The translations under genes were made by a program, and so were the position numbers. Source: Candidatus Nomurabacteria bacterium (lineage in GTDB: Bacteria; Patescibacteriota; Minisyncoccia; Phycocordibacterales; UBA9973). From it: a DNA stretch of 61,172 bases. The notes under the pieces are model-generated. The model did no database searches. It saw only the letters and a program-made list of their open reading frames with translations, and was not told the DNA's origin. The DNA lies in the NCBI GenBank assembly GCA_943350445.1, contig CALRAE010000003.1:1-61172 (forward strand). Direction: 5' to 3'. Each line of letters opens with the position of its first letter. Position 1 is the stretch's first letter. Below, piece by piece: positions 55,468-61,172 of the stretch.

Positions 55468-57294
55468 ATGGATTTAAAACACATCAGAAATTTTTCAATA
55501 ATAGCGCACATTGACCATGGTAAAAGTACCTTGGCTGATAGGATGCTGGAGATTACACACACAGTGCCAGAACGTTTAATGAGAGATCAAGTTTTGGACT
55601 CTATGGAGCTCGAACGTGAGCGTGGCATCACTATCAAAATGCAGCCAGTAAGAATGGAATATGATTTTGATGGAGAAAAGTATGCTTTGAATCTAATCGA
55701 CACCCCAGGGCACGTCGACTTTTCTTATGAAGTATCTCGTGCTTTAAAGGCCGTGGAGGGCTCTATTTTGCTTATTGATTCTACACAGGGAGTGCAGGCG
55801 CAAACACTCACCACGCTCGCTATGGCGCGTGGTGGGGGCACTGAGGCGGGCAAGAAGATCATTCCTGTTATTACAAAGATAGATTCACCTCTCGCTAGGA
55901 TATCTGATGTTAAAGAAGAAGTTATAAAGCTTCTAAGTTGTAGTCCTGAAGAAATATTACAAGTTTCGGGTCGTACAGGTGAAGGCGTGTCTTTCTTATT
56001 AGAGCAAATTATAAAACGTGTTCCAGCTCCAATAGAAACTCATAAAAATCAAGAAAATAATGAAAATATCTTGCGTGCACTTATTTTTGACTTTAAATAT
56101 TCGAATCATCGTGGGGTCATAGTCTTCGTACGAGTACTCGATGGCAAGGTAAGAAAGGGCGACAATTTGACCTTCGCTGTATCAAATGAGAAATTTACTG
56201 CGCTTGAGGTGGGGACTTTTTCACCAGAAGAAGTGGCTCGCGAGTCTGTTTCTTCGGGTGAGATAGGTTATATAGTTACTGGTATAAAGAAGCCCGGTAT
56301 CGCGTCTGTTGGAGATACAATCACTAAATCTGCGAATCCTTTGCCAGCACTTGCTGGTTATATGCAACCAATGCCTGTAGTCTGGGCAAGTGTCTTTCCA
56401 GAAGATGCGGATGATTTTGCCATTCTAAAACTTTCTTTGGGTAAGTTAAAACTTTCTGATTCTTCATTTTCATATGAAGAAGAATCTTCAGGATCTTTAG
56501 GTAGGGGATTCCGTTGTGGTTTTCTTGGGATGCTACATCTTGAGATTATCACTGAAAGATTAAAACGTGAATTTAATCTTAATTTGGTGATAACGACACC
56601 CTCTATTATCTATGAAGTTGTGAACAATAATGACAAAAGAGAGAAGATCTATTCCCCGTATTTTTTTCCAGATGATGGCAATATTAAAATTGTCTTTGAG
56701 CCGTGGGTTAATGCAAAAATAATTTCCCCAGTTAATTATATAGGTAATATTATGCAGCTTTTGTTTGATCATGAAGGTGAAGTGGGAGAAACAGAAAACT
56801 TTGGAGATAATCGTTCATCAGTATCTGTAAGAATGCCTCTTCGTGAATTAATGCGAAATTTTTTCGATGAATTAAAAAGTACAACTTCAGGTTATGGATC
56901 TATTTCTTATGAAATGGCTGAAATGCGCGAGGCAGAAGTCACTCGACTCGATGTGCTTGTTGCAGATGAGATAGTGCCAGCTTTTTCTAAGGTTATTTCT
57001 AAAAAAAGAGTTGAAACTGAGGCTGAAGAGTCTGTCTTAAAGTTGGAAAGACTTTTACCAAGGCAGATGTTTACATTGAAAATTCAAGGTAAGGCATTGG
57101 GACGTATTATATCATCACGCACCCTTAGTGGAATGAAAAAAGACGTTACTGCCCATATGTACGGAGGTGATATTACTCGCAAAATGAAACTTCGTGAAAA
57201 ACAAAAGAAAGGAAAGAAAAGAATGAAAGAACACGGTAGGGTAAATATCCCGCAAGATGTGTTTTTGAAAATGATGCGAAATGGAGAAAACTAG
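55468..57294 (+). CDS. lepA: elongation factor 4
   Basis: IRNFSIIAHIDHGKSTLADR, DTPGHVDF and the LepA C-terminal domain. 608 aa. Confidence 0.95.
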   Translation: MDLKHIRNFSIIAHIDHGKSTLADRMLEITHTVPERLMRDQVLDSMELERERGITIKMQPVRMEYDFDGEKYALNLIDTPGHVDFSYEVSRALKAVEGSILLIDSTQGVQAQTLTTLAMARGGGTEAGKKIIPVITKIDSPLARISDVKEEVIKLLSCSPEEILQVSGRTGEGVSFLLEQIIKRVPAPIETHKNQENNENILRALIFDFKYSNHRGVIVFVRVLDGKVRKGDNLTFAVSNEKFTALEVGTFSPEEVARESVSSGEIGYIVTGIKKPGIASVGDTITKSANPLPALAGYMQPMPVVWASVFPEDADDFAILKLSLGKLKLSDSSFSYEEESSGSLGRGFRCGFLGMLHLEIITERLKREFNLNLVITTPSIIYEVVNNNDKREKIYSPYFFPDDGNIKIVFEPWVNAKIISPVNYIGNIMQLLFDHEGEVGETENFGDNRSSVSVRMPLRELMRNFFDELKSTTSGYGSISYEMAEMREAEVTRLDVLVADEIVPAFSKVISKKRVETEAEESVLKLERLLPRQMFTLKIQGKALGRIISSRTLSGMKKDVTAHMYGGDITRKMKLREKQKKGKKRMKEHGRVNIPQDVFLKMMRNGEN

Positions 57295-57295
57295 C

Positions 57296-57409
57296 CTATT
57301 GAATGGTGAAGAATGGGGAATACAATAAAATCATGCTGATGATGATTAGTATACTGATGACCGCCCAAACTACTTGTATTTTCTTTTGATGTTTTTTATT
57401 GAAAAGCAT
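57296..57409 (-). CDS. possible 37-aa membrane peptide
   Basis: Own translation MLFNKKHQKKIQVVWAVISILIIISMILLYSPFFTIQ, with one TM helix. There is no other support. Confidence 0.25.
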   Translation of the reverse strand: MLFNKKHQKKIQVVWAVISILIIISMILLYSPFFTIQ

Positions 57410-57431
57410 ATACTATTTATATTAACATAAT

Positions 57432-57815
57432 ATGAGAAGTTTTCAACAAAAGGGAGGTTTTAGAAATATTTTACAATCACGGCCAGTACTGGCCCTTTTG
57501 GTGTTTTTTGTAGTAATATTTGGTTACACTGTAGTGGGTTTTATGGTTAAAATGATAGTAACCGAGCAGAATAGAAAAGTGGCCGAAATAAAGGTTGCCG
57601 ATTTAAAGAAAATGAAAGAAAGGCTTGGAGCTGATATATCTAAGTTGAATACAGGAGGTGGGGTAGAAGAAAGCATACGTGGTAAATTTGGTTTAGCAAA
57701 AGAAGGAGAAAGGCTTATCGTGGTAATAGATAATAAAAGTAATGTGGAGGTTCAAGAGGAAGAATCAGGTGGATTCATAGAATCTTTATTCTTCTGGAAG
57801 AATTGGTTCAAGTAA
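57432..57815 (+). CDS. septum formation initiator (FtsB/DivIC-like)
   Basis: One TM helix, a coiled coil, and the block EESIRGKFGLAKEGE. Confidence 0.6.
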   Translation: MRSFQQKGGFRNILQSRPVLALLVFFVVIFGYTVVGFMVKMIVTEQNRKVAEIKVADLKKMKERLGADISKLNTGGGVEESIRGKFGLAKEGERLIVVIDNKSNVEVQEEESGGFIESLFFWKNWFK

Positions 57816-57856
57816 TTTAATCATAGAAATGCTATAATCATAGAAATAAAAAGAAT

Positions 57857-58654
57857 ATGCATTCAAAAGCTCAAATTGTGGCCACCATAGGTCCAGCTAC
57901 CAGGGAAAAAGAAGTAGTTAGAAAAATGATAGAAAACAATATGTCTATCGCTCGCCTCAATTTATCTTGGGGTACTTATGAGGAGCATGCTGGTTATATA
58001 AAAAATATTAGAGAGGTGGCAAAAGAGCTCGGTAAAAAAATTCCAATTATTCAAGACTTGTCTGGTCCAAGAATTCAGGAACAGTTGGGTCATAAATTCA
58101 ATGAGGGTGTTTTAGAAATAATTACTGAAAAGGATTTAGTTGATTTAAAATTTGGTATTGAGCAGGGTGTGGACTATGTGGCGATGTCTTATGTGGGTAG
58201 TGCGGGAGATATTTTAAAATTGAGAGAAAAAATGAAAGGATTTGGTAAGATCATTCCCATTATTGCAAAAATCGAACGCAAGTCAGCACTTACTAATATA
58301 GATGAAATAATAGGAGCCACTGACTCTATCATGGTGGCTCGGGGAGATTTAGGTAATGAAATTCCTGTTGAGCAAATACCTTTTGTTCAAAAAGATATCA
58401 TTGATAGGTGTAAAAAGGCAGGGAAGCCAGTAATTGTGGCGACCCAAATGATGATATCTATGATGGAAAATCCAGAGCCAACACGTGCGGAAGTTGCTGA
58501 CATATCTTGTGCTATATCTAGCGGTGCTGATGCAGTGATGCTTTCTGAAGAGACAGCTATAGGAAAATATCCCCTACAGGCTGTGACGATGATGGGAAGG
58601 GTAGCAAGAGAGGCAGAAAAACACTTAAAAGATTTTAAGATAAATAGTTTGTAA
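57857..58654 (+). CDS. pyruvate kinase-like protein, A (barrel) domain only
   Basis: IVATIGPA, ARLNLSWG, AKIE, MVARGDLG and SEETA blocks are present. At 265 aa there is no room for the B (lid) or C-terminal domains. Confidence 0.7.
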   Translation: MHSKAQIVATIGPATREKEVVRKMIENNMSIARLNLSWGTYEEHAGYIKNIREVAKELGKKIPIIQDLSGPRIQEQLGHKFNEGVLEIITEKDLVDLKFGIEQGVDYVAMSYVGSAGDILKLREKMKGFGKIIPIIAKIERKSALTNIDEIIGATDSIMVARGDLGNEIPVEQIPFVQKDIIDRCKKAGKPVIVATQMMISMMENPEPTRAEVADISCAISSGADAVMLSEETAIGKYPLQAVTMMGRVAREAEKHLKDFKINSL

Positions 58655-58657
58655 AAA

Positions 58658-58680
58658 TTTGTGCGGGATGGGGTAATCGA
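58658..58680. repeat. 23-bp direct repeat of the tRNA-Gly 3' end (second copy at 58775..58797)
   Basis: tttgtgcgggatggggtaatcga occurs twice. The second copy spans the last 19 nt of tRNA-Gly plus 4 nt beyond it. Confidence 0.9.
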
Positions 58681-58778
58681 GCTACCACGTAGCCAGGTGC
58701 TTTTCCATCTGGCGCAAAGGAAAAGCCTTTTCGATTCCCCACACAAGCAAAGCAGTTTGCTTGCTATCCCTTACTTTG

Positions 58779-58849
58779 TGCGGGATGGGGTAATCGAAAC
58801 CCCGTCTAATCCTTGGGAAGGACTCATTCTACCACTAAACTAATCCCGC
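58779..58849 (-). tRNA. tRNA-Gly (CCC)
   Basis: Reverse complement GCGGGATTAGTTTAGTGGTAGAATGAGTCCTTCCCAAGGATTAGACGGGGTTTCGATTACCCCATCCCGCA. Anticodon loop TTCCCAA, T arm GGGGT-TTCGATT-ACCCC. Confidence 0.9.
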
Positions 58850-58933
58850 AATTGTATAAAATATATCCCTGTTTTGTCTTTAGGGCAAGTATGATATAAT
58901 TACAGTATTAAAAAATAATATTTTAAAAGTTTT

Positions 58934-59167
58934 ATGAAAAATGTAACGATTTATTCAACCCCAACCTGTCATTTTTGCCACATGGCTAAAGATTTCTTTA
59001 AGGAAAAAAATATTACCTATACTGAGTTTGATGTGGCAGGGAACCCTGAAAAGAGAAAGGAATTAGTGGAAAAAAGCGGCCAAATGGGCGTACCTGTTAT
59101 CATCATCGACAATGATTTAGTTGTTGGTTTTAACAAGCCAGTAATAGTTAAGTTGCTTGGACTTTAA
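58934..59167 (+). CDS. glutaredoxin-like small redoxin (NrdH/Grx family)
   Basis: 77 aa with the active site TCHFC, and GVPVIIID. Confidence 0.7.
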   Translation: MKNVTIYSTPTCHFCHMAKDFFKEKNITYTEFDVAGNPEKRKELVEKSGQMGVPVIIIDNDLVVGFNKPVIVKLLGL

Positions 59168-59197
59168 TCCACCTCTAATATACTATGGTCCTTATAG

Positions 59198-59272
59198 GTC
59201 CTCGTAGTTAAATGGATATAACGACTCCGTCCTAAGGAGTAATTGTAGGTTCGATTCCCGCCGAGGACACCA
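59198..59272 (+). tRNA. tRNA-Arg (CCU), CCA encoded
   Basis: GTCCTCG...ACTCC-GTCCTAA-GGAGT...GTAGG-TTCGATT-CCCGC-CGAGGAC-A-CCA. There is one A:C mismatch in the T stem. Confidence 0.8.
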
Positions 59273-60818
59273 AAACAGAACTCAACGGCTTTTTCAAAGC
59301 CAGAAGGTGGGACGCGCGAAGCGCGTCCCACTGATTTCCCCCCATTTTTCCAAACGAATTCAGAATTTTTGGCGTGCTGGCGCGCACCTGTTTTTCGCCA
59401 AGGAGGAGGTTCGAGCCAAAGATTTCTTTGGCACAGACCTTTTTGGCAAAAAGGTCTGAATCAGAAGCAATTTTGTCTATATTCTGTGCGACTTCTAGCC
59501 AGTTTTGGAAAGGTTCGAGCCAATCATTCTGCTTGTGTGAAAGATTGTAGATTTCTTCCTCGAGCGACTTCTTTTGTAAAAGCAATTTTCCTTTTTCAGC
59601 ACGATAATCTTCCTTATCAATATCTTGGTCTAAATATCCATTAAGAAGTCGCTCCAGTCTAATTGAAATTGAAGAAATCTTCTCTTGTTTCTCTTTCACA
59701 CAAGCAGTCAAAGACTGGGCGGATTTTCCGTGGTCTTGCAAAGCAAGACGATTGAGTTCCACCGCCCAGTCTTTTGGCAAAGAAACTTTTTTGATTAAGG
59801 ATGATAACTGGCTATCTAGTATTTCTTGGCGAATACAAGGTTCTTTACATTTCACATTTTTATTTTTCTTCGTGCAGTGATAATACACATACTCGTGAGT
59901 ATTACCATTCTTTTGTTTCTTAACCTTGTATTCGCCAGTTATCATCATTCCGCATGAGGCGCAGGAAATGAGGCCACAGAAAGGTTGTGGGTCGTTTAGG
60001 GGCTTTCTATCTGGCTTACCGCGAAGTTTCAACATTTCCTGCGCCTGATCAAAAAGTTTCTTTGAAATGATTGGCTCGTACTTTCCTTCGTGGAGTTCAC
60101 CACCATATCGGAATAGTCCAGTGTAGAAAGGATTTGAGAGAATTGAAGTCGCACGGGATTTGTGGATTTTCTTTCCGGTTTTTGAAAATAGATTGTGCTT
60201 CGCCAAAAAGTTTGAGACATCTTCCAGTCTATTCCCACCTTTTACATAAAACTCAAACGCTTGCTTAATAATTTTTGCTTTCTTTCTATCAACGACAACA
60301 GTTTTTGTTCGCGAGTCGTTGATGTAGCCGACAGGAGCAAGCGTTGGATAATCTCCATTTCTCACTTTTTGGCGAAGTCCTCTTTTGGTGTTTTCGGAAA
60401 GAGAATCCACATAATATTTGCTTTGCCCGAAAGCCATATTCAACATAAATTTCCCTTGCGAAGTGCTATCGCACCAGAAAGTGGGAAATTTGAGGCTCGC
60501 AAGTTTCCCTGTGTCGAGGAGGTAAATTATCTTCCCACCATCAATACTATTTCTTGCGAGACGATCTGGATGCCAAGAGAGAATAGAATCTGCATCGCCC
60601 TTTTCGATACATTTTATCATTTCGTTAAAAATCGGTCTGCCAGGAATTTTCGCAGATTGCTTTTCGACAAATTCAAGGGCGATATTCAGATTTTCTCTCT
60701 TGGCATAGTCTCGCAATTCTTGGAGCTGTGCCTCAATCGAAAGAACCTGCTTGTCCTCGACATCAGTGGACTTGCGAGCATACAAAAAGAATTTTTTATT
60801 TTCCATATTATTGTTCAT
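59232..60818 (-). CDS. large serine recombinase
   Basis: N-terminal resolvase domain (FFLYARKSTDVEDKQ...SIEAQ, ...HPDRLAR), recombinase domain, Cys-rich zinc ribbon (CASCG...YYHC...C..PC) and a coiled coil. Start taken at ATG 60818. The last ~60 codons lie in the left IR and antisense to tRNA-Arg. Confidence 0.85.
   Translation of the reverse strand: MNNNMENKKFFLYARKSTDVEDKQVLSIEAQLQELRDYAKRENLNIALEFVEKQSAKIPGRPIFNEMIKCIEKGDADSILSWHPDRLARNSIDGGKIIYLLDTGKLASLKFPTFWCDSTSQGKFMLNMAFGQSKYYVDSLSENTKRGLRQKVRNGDYPTLAPVGYINDSRTKTVVVDRKKAKIIKQAFEFYVKGGNRLEDVSNFLAKHNLFSKTGKKIHKSRATSILSNPFYTGLFRYGGELHEGKYEPIISKKLFDQAQEMLKLRGKPDRKPLNDPQPFCGLISCASCGMMITGEYKVKKQKNGNTHEYVYYHCTKKNKNVKCKEPCIRQEILDSQLSSLIKKVSLPKDWAVELNRLALQDHGKSAQSLTACVKEKQEKISSISIRLERLLNGYLDQDIDKEDYRAEKGKLLLQKKSLEEEIYNLSHKQNDWLEPFQNWLEVAQNIDKIASDSDLFAKKVCAKEIFGSNLLLGEKQVRASTPKILNSFGKMGGNQWDALRASHLLALKKPLSSVLVSSAGIEPTITP
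59267..59414. repeat. 148-bp inverted repeat, left copy (starts inside the tRNA-Arg 3' end)
   Basis: It matches the reverse complement of 60880..61027 except for a 3-nt patch (cacctgttttt vs cactgattttt). It contains the hairpin gggacgcgc-gaa-gcgcgtccc. Confidence 0.9.
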
Positions 60819-60879
60819 AGTAATAAAAATTCTTTTTGTATTTCGGGCAAAGCAAATGTAGTCAAAATTGCTTCTGATT

Positions 60880-61027
60880 TCGAACCTCCTCCTTGGCGAA
60901 AAATCAGTGCGCGCCAGCACGCCAAAAATTCTGAATTCGTTTGGAAAAATGGGGGGAAATCAGTGGGACGCGCTTCGCGCGTCCCACCTTCTGGCTTTGA
61001 AAAAGCCGTTGAGTTCTGTTTTGGTGT
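60880..61027. repeat. 148-bp inverted repeat, right copy
   Basis: See 59267..59414. Confidence 0.9.
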
Positions 61028-61172
61028 GTTTATTGTACCAAGCTCGAACCTATTTCCAAAATCGGTAATGTGCCACGCGCGGAGCGCGTGGTGACTTGAA
61101 ACTAAATCGTACGCTCGTATCGTTCCGCCACTGCCTCGCTTCACTCGGCAACCCCAAAAAGAAAAAATGTTC

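Larger units (their letters stand above)
59267..61027. mobile_element. serine-recombinase unit bounded by 148-bp inverted repeats (IS-like element or invertible segment)
   Basis: It holds a single recombinase gene between near-identical long IRs. The outer end of the left IR supplies the last 6 nt (ACACCA) of tRNA-Arg. Confidence 0.6.

Noticed and set aside
58661-58843. A 60-aa plus-strand ORF.
   Set aside because: It is built from the two copies of the tRNA-Gly 3' repeat and runs antisense through tRNA-Gly, so it is not a gene.
59401-59411. AAGGAGGAGGT inside both IR copies as a ribosome-binding site.
   Set aside because: No start codon follows at a suitable distance on either strand, and the native genes in this window do not use SD sequences. 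It may be a protein-binding or structural feature of the IR instead.
60261-61144. ORFs 60261..61094 (+, 277 aa), 60815..61144 (-), 59369..59644 (+) and 60071..60268 (+).
   Set aside because: They are antisense to the recombinase gene or lie in the inverted repeats. Their apparent similarity to each other is just the IR read in different frames. Only the outward-facing frame 60868..61068 is informative, and it is discussed in the finding.
61028-61172. A possible class II tRNA or tmRNA 5' end on the minus strand (GGGGTTGCCGAGTGAAGCGAGGC...).
   Set aside because: The D-arm-like GCCGAGTG..GGC is present, but I could not fold a matching anticodon arm, T arm or acceptor stem, and the sequence is truncated by the window end.
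1-61172. CRISPR arrays, rRNA genes, restriction-modification systems, toxin-antitoxin pairs and other recognisable defence systems.
   Set aside because: Scanning both strands showed no regularly spaced direct repeats, no rRNA-like conserved segments, and no ORFs with the hallmark motifs of these systems.

Overview
This is a 61-kb, AT-rich bacterial fragment made up mostly of housekeeping genes: two infB, two rbfA, clpB, dnaE, hisS, leuS, lepA, def, fmt, pth, lepB, gap, murJ, msrAB, hpf and ychF, plus rpiB, rpe and a split transketolase. The gene content and minimised protein architectures suggest a Patescibacteria/CPR-type genome. Examples are a ~510-aa IF-2, an A-domain-only pyruvate kinase, a short YchF, DUF4446-like, lamin-tail and GH130 proteins, and no visible Shine-Dalgarno sequences. 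That placement is inference only, because no rRNA lies in the window. There are five tRNAs (Cys, Ala, Asn, Gly, Arg) and no rRNA or CRISPR array.

The observations most worth a second look are:
1. A mirror-image, diverged duplication of a nifS-DUF4446-infB-rbfA block (564-7690) pivots on tRNA-Cys. One arm is GC-richer and carries in-frame GC-rich palindromes.
2. An extended -10 box (TGnTATAAT-like) sits 6-7 nt upstream of many start codons, including two back-to-back -10 boxes that fill a 24-bp divergent spacer. This points to largely leaderless expression.
3. A 1.76-kb unit holds only a large serine recombinase between 148-bp near-perfect inverted repeats. It abuts the 3' end of tRNA-Arg, and the neighbouring tRNA-Gly has an att-like 23-bp duplication of its 3' end.
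4. A 3.5-kb cupin plus triple-GH130 cassette is bracketed by a 35-bp perfect direct repeat that preserves a relic C-terminus of the upstream HAD gene.
5. A GC-rich island (18.45-20.36 kb) encodes a small Cys-rich leaderless peptide, a membrane-anchored protein and a secreted protein with no recognisable family. Two smaller GC-rich promoter-to-terminator units sit at ~7.7-8.1 kb and ~13.4-13.75 kb.
6. Several long intergenic hairpins occur, one of which pairs the 5' end of a leader with the rpiB start codon.

All calls come from reading the sequence and ORF track by eye. Identities, GC contrasts and family assignments were not computed or searched.
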